DNA of 11,988 bases from Octopus sinensis. Lineage: Eukaryota. The notes beneath the pieces are model-generated. The model searched no databases, was not told where the DNA came from, and worked only from the letters and a program-made list of their open reading frames with translations. Position numbers and translations under genes: made by a program. The stretch lies in the NCBI RefSeq assembly GCF_006345805.1, contig NW_021826817.1, positions 1 to 11,988 on the forward strand. The letters are read 5' to 3'. Shown here piece after piece: positions 1 through 8,507 of the stretch. Positions within the stretch are counted from its first letter, which is position 1, and each line of letters begins with the position of its first letter.

Positions 1-283
1 GTGTGGTAGTGGCGGTGGAGGCGGCGACAGCAGCGCCAACGGCGGTGCCGGCAGCGGCGGTTTTGGTGATGAGAGTAGCAGTAGTAGCAGTTGTGAAGAT
101 GGTGTTGGTGATGGTAGTGGTACTGTTGGAGGTTGTGTTAGTAGTGATGGTAGTAGTGGTGGTGGTGGTGGTGGTGGTGGTGGTGGTGGTGGTAATGCTG
201 CTGCTGGTCTTTTTTGATGGTGACGTCAGTGGTAGCTTTGGTGTTAGCAATGGCGTTGTCGATGGTGATGGTAGTGTTGTTGT
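1..283. repeat. Degenerate (GGT/GTG)n trinucleotide low-complexity tract
   Basis: Runs of GGT with GTA/GAT/GCG variants; pure (GGT)n around 158-193. The poly-Val ORF 3..311 is an artefact of this tract. Confidence 0.9.
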
Positions 284-440
284 TGTTAGAACCAGAGCAA
301 CCCTCATATAACACCCTACAATCAATAACATTCCAACCGTGGCCATCACTCTTTTCAACATGAAGGAATAATTGACAAACGTCGTTTGGTCATTTTTTTT
401 TAAAGACATTACGGGTGTGGTTTGAGGGAGACTTAATCCG
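284..440. mobile_element. Old, degraded interspersed repeat (probable SINE remnant), related to 5525-5725
   Basis: Shares a degenerate block with 5525-5725 (ccgtggccatcactcttttc vs catgaccatccaatctttttc). Also contains gggtgtggtttgagggaga, which I recall from an abundant old octopus repeat; not verified. Confidence 0.4.
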
Positions 441-687
441 GTGTTAAGTGGGGGCGGCTTCTTTAGAGAAGGGGCGAATGGGATCAGGCGGGGCTGGGAT
501 CAGACAATATTGCGTGTGGCATGTCATCATGTAGGTGATGACAATTTAGGAGGGTGTTTGATGGGGTCATATGTTGTAAGTTGTGGTGTTAGTCTCTGCT
601 GTAGTGTTGGTCTTTAGTGCTTGTTGTGGGTGCCTTGGAAAGCGGGGTGGCTGTTAGGTTACCAGGGTTTCTTTGGTGTAGTTAAGG

Positions 688-1511
688 GGGTGAGGTGGTG
701 GTGATGGTGGCGATAGTGGTGGGTGATGTAGTTGTGATAGTGCTGGTGATGATGGTGATGGCGGTGGTAGAGATTGATATGGTGATAGTGGTAGTGCTGG
801 TAGCGGCGATGGTGGTGTTGTTTAGTGGTGGTGGTGGTGGTGGTGGTGCTGTTAATGTTGTTGGGGATTTTAGGAGATAGCTTTTGGTAGTGGCGTGTGT
901 TGTAGTTGTGATGGTGGAGGTGGTGAAGGTGATGCTAGTGTCAGTGGTGGTGGTGGTGATGGTGATAGTGATGGTTGTAGTGGTGGTGGCGGTTGAAGTG
1001 GTAGTGGTGGTAGAGGTGGTAGGGGTGTTTGTGGCGGTGATAGGATGTCGTGATGGTGTTGTTGGTGGTGGTGCTTCTGGTGGTGTTAGGCGATAGTGTT
1101 AGATTGCGTCGTTCGGTGCTGGGGGTGGAAATGGTGGTGGTGGTGTGGGGAGTAAGGTTAGAGACGGTGGCGGCGGCGACGTCGGTGGTGGTGGTAGTGG
1201 TGGAGGTGGTGGTGGTGGTAACGGCAGCGACGGTGGCGGTGGCGGCGATGGTGGTGGTAGTGGTGGTGGTGCTGGTAGTGCTGGTGCTGGTAACGGCAGC
1301 GACGGTGGTGGTGGTAGTAGTGGAGGTGGTTATGGTGGTGGTGGTGGTGGTGGTAGTTGAGGTGGTGGTGGTGGTGGTAACGGCAGCGACGGTGGCGGCA
1401 GCGGCGATGGTGGTGGTAGTGGTGCTGGTGGTGCTGGTGGGGCGGTGGTGGTGGTGGCAACGGCTGCGACGGTGGCAGCCGCGACGGCGGCGGTGGTGGT
1501 GGTGGTGGTGG
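688..1511. repeat. Long degenerate (GGT)n tract with an embedded ~70-90 bp higher-order repeat
   Basis: GGT/GAT/AGT triplets throughout; the motif ggtaacggcagcgacggtgg recurs at 1217, 1289 and 1376, with a variant at 1456. Confidence 0.9.
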
Positions 1512-1643
1512 TATTTCTATTACATGGCTTTGTGGAAAAAAGAGCGGTGGATTATTTTATTTTGTTTTTGTTTGTTTCTTTTTTTTGATCACAGAGTTAA
1601 TGGATGATGAACTGCTGTAGGTGTGGAGGTAAGGCATGCGCAC

Positions 1644-1646
<3 letters not shown>

Positions 1647-1677
<31 letters not shown>

Positions 1678-1722
1678 GTGTGTATGTATGTGCGTGTGTG
1701 TGTGTGGTGTGTGTGTGTGTGT
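1647..1722. repeat. Compound (GT)n/(AT)n microsatellite
   Basis: Seen directly in the sequence. Confidence 0.95.
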
Positions 1723-2049
1723 AGTAAAGAAATAGGTGTTCTGAGGGCTATATGCATGGTCACAAGTATAGGTGTGAGTGTATGTATGTGTATGTGGGCT
1801 CATACGTGTGTAAGTGTATAAGGTATGTGTTCGTTCCTTTATGTGCGTCCGACATGTATATGGATATTTATGCGTCTATATTTCTTTATGGCTCTGCCTA
1901 AGCTATATTTAGTGTCGGGTATATGTGCAGTTAAGGGTGGTGGGTGGACACAGAGCAGAGAATAGAAAGGCAGAAAGGAAGACGGAGAGAGAGAGAGAGA
2001 GAAAGGTACGGACGAAAAGAAAAGGGACAGGCTGTGTGGTGCAACGGGG

Positions 2050-2590
2050 ATTGATGATTGATGTGACTGATGATGAGGATGAAGACGGTGACGGTTACGG
2101 TGATGGTGATGGTGATTGTAGAAATGCTGATTATGGTGACCGTGATATGATGACGACGACGACCAAGTTAAGAGGTGATGGTGATGATGATGATGAGGAG
2201 GAGAAGGAGGAGGAGGAAGAGGAGGAAGAGGAGGAAGAGGAGGAAGAGGAGGATGGTGGTGGTGATGATGATGGTGGTGGTGGTGATGATGACCATGATG
2301 ATAATGATGATGACGATGATGATGGTGGTGGTGGTGATGATGACGATGATGATAATGATGATGACGATGATGATGGTGGTGGTGGTGATGATACGACGAC
2401 GATGATGATGATAATGATGATGATGATGATGAAAATGATGGCGACGACGACACTAGCGACAAGGAAGACGATGATGATGAAGATGATGACGATGATTACA
2501 ACGACAGCGATGATGACTGCGAGAAAGACGATGACGAACTACCACACTGATGACGATAATAATGGCGATGCTAATGACGACGATGATCAT
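2050..2590. repeat. Compound (GAT)n/(GAG/GAA)n/(GGT)n/(GAC)n trinucleotide array with a 51 bp tandem duplication
   Basis: GAT-dominated triplets; a (GAGGAGGAA)n block near 2195-2252; a unit ggtggtggtggtgatgatgacNatgatgataatgatgatgacgatgatgat repeated at about 2273, 2324 and partly 2375. Confidence 0.9.
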
Positions 2591-2671
2591 GTAGAACTAA
2601 TGGTGGGCGGAAGTGCCTCTTTAACGAAATACTAAAGTGTTTCTGTTCGAATCTTTGTTATTTGTATATTT

Positions 2672-2730
2672 TGTGTGTGTGTGTGTGTGCGCGCGCGCGC
2701 GTGTGTGTGTGTGTGTGTATGTGTGTGTGT
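2672..2730. repeat. (GT)n(GC)n(GT)n alternating purine-pyrimidine microsatellite
   Basis: Seen directly in the sequence. Confidence 0.95.
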
Positions 2731-2881
2731 CTTGAATTTGTTTGCTTTTGAGAGGAGAGGAAAAGAAGGAGGGGAGGACCTTTTGGTTTTTGCTATTTGT
2801 TTTTTTTTTTTTGTTATTTTTTTCTATTCCCGTTTAGTCATATTTTCTTCTGTTGTTGCTCTTGTTGTAATTGTTCGAAAT

Positions 2882-2882
2882 G

Positions 2883-2929
<47 letters not shown>

Positions 2930-2980
2930 ATCATCATCATCATCATCATCAACACCATCATCATCATCACCATTATCATC
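2882..2980. repeat. (CAT)n microsatellite
   Basis: Seen directly; the poly-His/poly-Ile stretch in ORF 2675..2983 derives from it. Confidence 0.95.
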
Positions 2981-3063
2981 TGAGCTGCTTTATCATCATG
3001 TCATTATTTCGTTTGAATAACGCTTTTATTGCGGTAATAATTGCTGGTGCGCCATTAATTTCC

Positions 3064-3247
3064 ATATATATGTAATGCATACATACATACACACACAAAT
3101 GTATACATTCCCATTTACTTGTATACATACATGTTTATACATATGCACACATATATCACACACACACATATATATATATGTATATGTATGTACATATAGG
3201 TATATATGTGTGTGTATATATATGTATGTACGTATGTACATCATACA

Positions 3248-3285
<38 letters not shown>

Positions 3286-3289
3286 TATG

Positions 3290-3342
<53 letters not shown>

Positions 3343-3375
3343 TATATACATATATATATATACATATATATATAT

Positions 3376-3432
<57 letters not shown>
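3064..3432. repeat. (TA)n/(TACA)n/(CA)n microsatellite field
   Basis: Seen directly in the sequence. Confidence 0.95.
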
Positions 3433-3811
3433 AAAGACTTACTGTGGGTTAAATAAGAACATGAACACATTCTTTCTGTATTAGTGATGTGTGGAAAAAA
3501 GATAAAGGTGTTTCTTCTAACGGACCATTTCACGGTTAGTTGACCACATCTCAGAGAAGTCGTGCACGGCTTAGTTCCCCAAACACTGCCATAGATCAGC
3601 TGCATAGCTAATTTATAAATCAGCCAGGAATTAGAATAGCATATTAATTTGCATAGTTGTTCGTCTGACAGCTCGTCATCAATTAAGCAATATCTATTTT
3701 ATGCACAAAACAACGTAAACCTGAAGATCTGTAATATAAGTAAATATTACAAAGACACACTGTAGTATAAATAATAATGTAAACATTCTAATATTAGTGA
3801 TGTACGGAAAA
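3433..3811 (+). mobile_element. ~380 bp element with ~60 bp imperfect terminal direct repeats and a hammerhead-like motif (Penelope-LTR or retrozyme-like)
   Basis: 3433-3498 (aaagac..actgt..taaataa..acattct..tattagtgatgt..ggaaaa) is repeated at 3751-3811. A CTGAAGA-stem-GACA-stem-GTA motif lies at 3716-3769. Confidence 0.5.
3716..3769 (+). ncRNA. Degenerate minimal type I hammerhead ribozyme-like motif
   Basis: CUGAAGA 3721-3727; stem II ugUAAUAU/AUAUUAca (3730-3737/3744-3751); GACA in place of GAAA at 3754-3757; stem III AC-acu-GU; site GUA at 3762-3764; stem I 4 of 5 bp (3716-3720/3765-3769). Confidence 0.4.
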
Positions 3812-3835
3812 TGTTATGTATCTATCTATCTATCT

Positions 3836-3977
3836 CCGAGGTCGACTTTGCCTTTCATCCTTTCGGGGTCGATAAATTAAGTACCAGTTACGCACTGGGT
3901 CGATGCAATCGACTTAATCCGTTTGTCTGTCCTTGTTTGTCCCCTCTGTGTTTAGCCCCTTGTGGGTAATAAAGAAA
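3836..3977 (+). mobile_element. 5'-truncated tRNA-derived SINE, same family as 4928-5154
   Basis: Near-identical reverse complement of about 4938-5076 (ccgaggtcgactttgcctttcatcctttcggggtcgataaattaag...ccccttgtgggta.taaagaaa); embedded in (ATCT)n. Confidence 0.9.
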
Positions 3978-3978
3978 C

Positions 3979-3979
3979 A

Positions 3980-4026
<47 letters not shown>

Positions 4027-4055
4027 ATATCTATCTATCTATCTATCTATCTATC
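3979..4055. repeat. (ATCT)n tetranucleotide microsatellite
   Basis: Seen directly; the same motif flanks the SINE on the left (3819-3835). Confidence 0.95.
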
Positions 4056-4134
4056 TTACTTTCTATCAGTTTTTGTCTTCTTGTCTGTCTCTCTGTCTTT
4101 CTCTCCCCCTCTCTCTCACTCTTATATATATAAT

Positions 4135-4388
4135 AATACATTCGCTGCTTTCTTTCAAGGAATCTAATGCTCTTAGCTTAGTTTTTCCTTGGGGCTGGCC
4201 AGATTGGAGCAATCTCGAGTATAACCAGCCGAAATGGCAAAGGTAATCTGGAACTCGACTGAGGAAAGAAAACGCCGAATGACCTGTCCTCGTTTTCTTT
4301 GTATCGTCTATCTGGATGTTTTGTTGTCCCTTTTTTGTATCACCTAACTGTCAGGATGTTTTGCGTTCTTGTCCCATTTTGTATTTCT
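4135..4388 (+). mobile_element. Structured interspersed repeat of unknown class, with nested hairpins and a short internal direct repeat
   Basis: ggctgg/ccagcc (4193/4225) enclosing agattg/caatct; a perfect 10 bp inverted repeat at 4265-4274/4291-4300; the direct repeat ggatgttttg..ttgtccc.ttttgtat at 4314 and 4354; flanked by (TA)n. Confidence 0.4.
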
Positions 4389-4560
4389 TATATATATAAT
4401 AATCACATATACATGGTTATATACTGTGCATGTATATACCGTATTTTAACGTGTATAAGGACCCACGTGTATAAACTTGTATAACTTATTTTAAAGTGTT
4501 TTAAATTAAGAACTTGCATCAATATCTAATCTTAGTTTATATATAAACAAGCTTAATAAT

Positions 4561-4751
4561 GATTTCAAATTCAGGGGAGGGGTAAGTCGATTATATCGAT
4601 CCCAGTGTTCAACTGGTACTTATTTTATCGATTCCGAAAGAATGAAAGGCAAAGTTGACCTTGGCAGAATTTGAATTCAGAATGTAAAAACGGACGAACT
4701 ACCGCCAAGCATTTCGTCCGGCATGCTAACGATTCTGTTAGCTCGCCGCCT
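4561..4751 (-). mobile_element. tRNA-derived SINE with a 17 bp flanking direct repeat (target-site duplication)
   Basis: The minus strand begins ggcggcgagct..cagaatcgttagca (A-box-like) and carries a B-box-like gaattcaaattc. It is homologous to 4996-5154. The sequence taaacaagcttaataat occurs at both 4544-4560 and 4752-4768. Confidence 0.9.
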
Positions 4752-4768
4752 TAAACAAGCTTAATAAT

Positions 4769-5154
4769 CACTTCTATTATAGGCACAAAGCCTGAAATTT
4801 GGGGGAGAGGAATAGTTGATTACATCGAACCCAGTACTCAACAGGTACTTAATTTATCGACCCCAAAAGGATGAAAGATAAAGTCGAACTCGGCGGAATT
4901 TGAACTCAGAATGTAGCAAGGGGTGTAATACCTATTTCTTTACTACCCACAAGGGGCTAAACACAGAGAGGACAAACAAGGACAGACAAACGGATTAAGT
5001 CGATTATATCGACCCCAGTGTTTAACTGGTTCTTAATTTATCGACCCCGAAAGGATGAAAGGCAAAGTCGACCTCGGCGGAATTTGAACTGAGAATGTAA
5101 CGGTAGACGAAATACTGCTAAGCATTTCGCCCGGCGTGCTAACGATTCTGCCAG
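4769..5154 (-). mobile_element. Dimeric (head-to-tail) tRNA-derived SINE
   Basis: Minus strand: A box tggcagaatcg, B box (c/g)agttcaaattcc, body, tail ...gtagtaaagaaataggtatt (4928-4947), then a second B box and body (about 4810-4916) with a different tail (...aaatttcaggctttgtgcctataatagaag). Confidence 0.85.
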
Positions 5155-5214
5155 TTTAATAATGACAGTCATTTTGCTAAATTCTTCATTATGGTCAACA
5201 TTTAATTGAAACAC

Positions 5215-5307
5215 AGGTTGCGTATTCAAGCAGAAATATAGAAGTTTTGCGAAGAATATGGTATATTCTTCGCAAAACTTCTATAGTTCTGCTGGAATAC
5301 GCAACCT
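5215..5307. repeat. Long near-perfect inverted repeat (45 bp arms, 3 nt spacer), probable foldback or MITE-like element
   Basis: 5215-5259 matches the reverse complement of 5263-5307 at 43 of 45 positions. Confidence 0.9.
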
Positions 5308-5358
5308 ATAAAATCTCAACATGAAAGATGGCCGAACAATGAATATCAATTGTAGTGA

Positions 5359-5426
5359 TTGTTGTTGTTGATTGTGGTGGTGGTGGTGGTGGTGGTGGTG
5401 GTGGTCGTCGTCGTCGTCGTAGTAGT

Positions 5427-5497
<71 letters not shown>

Positions 5498-5520
5498 CGG
5501 TGGCGGTAGTGGTGGCGGTT
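5359..5520. repeat. Compound trinucleotide microsatellite (TGT)(GGT)n(CGT)n(AGT)(AGC)n(AGT)n(GGC/GGT)
   Basis: Seen directly in the sequence. Confidence 0.95.
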
Positions 5521-5524
5521 GTTA

Positions 5525-5725
5525 TTGTTTAGATGCTGATCTGCTTTGATTTAGCAAATCAAAGCAATCCACACATGACCATCCAATCTTTTTCTATATG
5601 ACGGGCAACAACATTATCTAATGGTTTGTTTCTGTTCTTAAGCAACGGTTGCTGTTGTCGTTGTTGTTGTTGTTGGTGGTGGTGGTGGTGGTATTTGGCT
5701 GCTATTGCTAGCCGTTCGTGCGAAT
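5525..5725. mobile_element. Old, degraded interspersed repeat (probable SINE remnant) interrupted by (TGT)n(GGT)n
   Basis: Weak similarity to 284-440; atttggctgctattgctagc resembles a recalled abundant octopus repeat; not verified. Confidence 0.4.
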
Positions 5726-5759
5726 GCATAATGGTTTCATCGTCTTCTCATATGGCGAT

Positions 5760-6238
5760 AATCACCGTTGGGATCTTTTCAGTTTGAAGGCCAGATTTTC
5801 CTAGTTAACTAAACAATTTGAAACTTCGTATACTGGTAGAATGTGTCAAAAGAAAACATAATTGTAAACCAAAATGAAAACGGAATTGTAATTTCTAAGT
5901 TTAACGTTGTTTAATAATTCGAATTTTAACCAATGGTATTCTTTCTTTCGACCTCATATTATTTACTGCCTCTCAAAATATTGTTACTGTGACGTACGTA
6001 AACAGCTATTTTGTGACGTAGTTAACGTAAACATGTAAACAGACCTAGAGATTCGTTTGTAACGTAAACATCCGCTCATCGTAAATAGCTAAATTCGCTT
6101 GGCATCGTACACAGCTTTTTCAGTCCCTAGAATTATATTTGAAAGAAAATAAAAATAAAAAGATTCATACGCATAAATATCCATCCTTAGACATCAGAAA
6201 ATGAGTGTTTAAATTATTTTCCATTGTTTGCATTGCTT
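5760..6238. mobile_element. Possible DNA-transposon fragment with a Forkhead/CRE motif cluster
   Basis: Complex AT-rich sequence between microsatellites, with 4x GTAAACA, 1x GTAAATA and 2x TGACGTA in 5990-6087. No paired termini were identified. Confidence 0.3.
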
Positions 6239-6285
6239 ACACACACACACCACATACATACATACATACATACATACACACATAC
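6239..6285. repeat. (CA)n/(CATA)n microsatellite
   Basis: Seen directly in the sequence. Confidence 0.95.
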
Positions 6286-6514
6286 TAAAATTACATCGTT
6301 GGAGCAGTAATTTATTTATGTATTTTTGTTATACAATTTATTTTAAAGCTGAATCCCTATCCTGCCATTAACCCCTTTTCTTATAAAATAGCTGAAGAAT
6401 CTGGGGTGTAGGTATTGGGCCAGTATTGGAACTTTTAACTTCTTGCTCTCTATCTTATGATCTCCGAAATTTAAGAATCTGTGTTAACTGGGCTCTTATT
6501 ATTTACTCTGACTC

Positions 6515-6915
6515 TGCCACCACCTCAATGCAAAGACTACCAATATCAGAATCATCTTCACAACCACCACTACAACCATTACTACAACCTCCAATGCCAC
6601 ACCACAACATCTTCTGCAACTACAACCCCAAGATCAATACAGCATCATATTCAAAATCACCAATTTCACCACCACTACACTCTGCAATGTCTTCAACACT
6701 ACCATCCATGAGATATCCTAACATAATCAATGCTACTACTACTATCATCATCATTATCATTATCATCCACTGCCGCCGCCACCACTACCACCTCTACAAA
6801 AACACCAACACTATAATTGCTGCTATCATACACATCCACTGTCACCACTACACCACCACCACCACTGCCATGATAACCACATCTACCACCTCCAACACCA
6901 TTGCCACCACTATCT
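6515..6915. repeat. Decayed (CAC/CAT/CAA/TAC)n trinucleotide tract
   Basis: C/A-rich triplet periodicity; the opposite-strand equivalent of the GGT/GAT tracts at the window start. Confidence 0.8.
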
Positions 6916-6970
6916 ATGAGACATCCTAAGTTAGATACTACTTTCACTTTCTAGTTGCTCTTTGAGTTTA

Positions 6971-7370
6971 TCTTTATATATAAAAGAGAGGTTGTGTGTC
7001 TGTCTCCTACGATTTAGATTCCTAACTACTCCCACATTTTGCGGTGCAGTTTAACCAAAACCGGGTATCTTATAGTCGTGATTCATATCTAGCCCTTCTG
7101 GGTATTAGCGCGCGTCTATGATGAGTCTACGATTAAAAAAAAAATTTACCATCATTTTTTTCCATTTTAATGCATTTTGTTTTGCTATTATATAAGAGAA
7201 GTAACTCTCTAAAAATGTCTACGATGAGTCAACGATTTAAAAAAAAATTTACCATCATTTTTTTCCATTTTTAATGCATTTTTTTGGCTATTTTTGGGCT
7301 ATAACTCTCTAAAAATGCTTATATAGTTATTTCCCTTACAAACCCGAGCAACGCCGGGCGATACTGCTAG
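6971..7370 (+). mobile_element. Non-autonomous Helitron (400 bp), copy 1
   Basis: Starts TCtttatatataaaag after A(6970) and ends ...CTAG before T(7371), with no TSD. Subterminal GC hairpin cccg-agcaacgc-cggg at 7343-7358. A homologous second copy lies at 10904-11299. Contains an internal ~100 bp tandem duplication (about 7114-7318). Confidence 0.92.
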
Positions 7371-7884
7371 TTATATCTAATCTATCTCTCTAAAAGATGC
7401 AAAGCAAGTAGCATTAAATGGTGAATGGATGTGAGCAGAAAGAGAGTAAGTTCCATTCCAGTTTACAACAATTATAGAATTATTCTCAAACCATAAATGA
7501 AGGGTGGAGAGGAGTGAAGGAGGAGTCATGTTTCCTCTGAGAGGTTACAGAAGTAATAAGCACTGAAAAGTGGAGTTTGCGTTATTATTTTTGTTTCATA
7601 GTTTACAATTATTTCTACAAATTCATTTTGACTTATCTTCAATCATGTTTATAAACGTGACCGCTGTGTCCGTCCACTATAAACATTGATTAATGTCCTA
7701 TATTTAAGCGGTAGACAAACACTTCAGCATATTATTTTTGGTAGAGAGTTGCGAGGGATCATTCTATGAACGGGGTATCTGTACAACGGATATGACTACA
7801 TCATTAATTGTGGAGTCGTTTAAAAACACAATGCAAGATTAAGTCAACATGGAATTTTTGAAACAATCATAAATTGTTCTATAT

Positions 7885-8036
7885 TTTAGAGATGAGGAAT
7901 TCTGTACAATATTTACATTTTTACATTGGACGATATTTGTCCTCATCTTGTTTGTTGCTACCCACAAATTTCGGCTGATTTACTCTCCAGCCTTCATCAG
8001 GTGTCCTGGTAGAATTTTGAATCCAACCCTAGGTTC
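7885..8036 (-). mobile_element. Penelope-like LTR-type fragment carrying a hammerhead-like motif
   Basis: The minus strand reads gacac-CTGATGA-a-GGCTG-gagagtaaat-CAGCC-GAAA-tttgtg. An inverted pair gagatgagga / tcctcatct is also present (7888/7940). Confidence 0.5.
7963..8003 (-). ncRNA. Minimal type I hammerhead ribozyme-like motif with stem III eroded
   Basis: CUGAUGA (+7994-8000), one extra A, 5 bp stem II GGCUG/CAGCC, GAAA (+7969-7972), stem I CAC/GUG; stem III reduced to A-U-U-U. Confidence 0.5.
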
Positions 8037-8085
8037 AAAGGTGCCACGCAGTGTGAATGAACCCGAAACTATGTGGCTGGTATGG
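8037..8085 (-). mobile_element. Fragment of a tRNA-derived SINE head (B-box region)
   Basis: The minus strand ccacatagtttcgggttcattcacactgcgtggcaccttt carries a B-box-like gggttcattc; family assignment is from recall. Confidence 0.5.
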
Positions 8086-8246
8086 CTTGTCAGGGAGTCA
8101 CCATTGCTTTCGCGCCTTTTACGTTCTTAGCAGTGGGAGACGTCTATATTGCTAAGAGTATAAAAAGTGTGAAACCAATGGTAACGTCCTGACTGGTCGT
8201 AAACCACAACTACATTAGATATTACTACGATATATCTAAAAAAACA

Positions 8247-8425
8247 TTTACTTGTCTCAGTCATTCGACATATTCTATCGGTTAATTTCGTCGAACTTCT
8301 AAGTTGCGCGGATGGAAAGGAAGTCAAAAAGCGGTTGTCTGGGACAAGCACGAAGCTAGCCCCCTCCGTCCCACAAACACGTATATACGACGGGCTTTTT
8401 TCAGTTTCCATCGTCCAAATCTATT
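8247..8425 (-). mobile_element. Degraded, internally deleted SINE copy (family of 8508-8603 and 11663-11793)
   Basis: tttacttgtctcagtcattcgac and tattctatcg match about 11675-11697 and 11771-11780, with the intervening ~70 bp missing. Confidence 0.65.
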
Positions 8426-8507
8426 TGACCTAGTGACCAGGCAGCAAACTTCTTGTCACACAGTCACTCCTACGCCTATATATATATATATATATGTATA
8501 TATGTAC

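Noticed and set aside
2672-2730. Z-DNA-prone (GT)n(GC)n tract (also 8669-8760)
   Set aside because: The potential is real but this is an ordinary microsatellite in this context, with no evidence of function.
3-3605. Long ORFs (poly-Val, poly-His, poly-Asp/Glu, poly-Met, YI repeats), including 1050..1607, 1839..2462 and 1925..2635
   Set aside because: They are translations of stop-poor di- and trinucleotide repeats, open in several frames and on both strands, with no recognisable domain; several use non-ATG starts.
5038-5229. Short complex-looking ORFs (also 7948..8130, 8127..8411, 9360..9668, 10726..11019)
   Set aside because: They lie across SINE, Helitron or other repeat fragments and show no recognisable RT, transposase, Rep/helicase or recombinase motifs.
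6426-6947. Overlapping ORFs rich in Thr, His, Pro and Ser
   Set aside because: They overlie a decayed CAC/CAT repeat tract and have no recognisable domain; an exon cannot be strictly excluded without RNA data.
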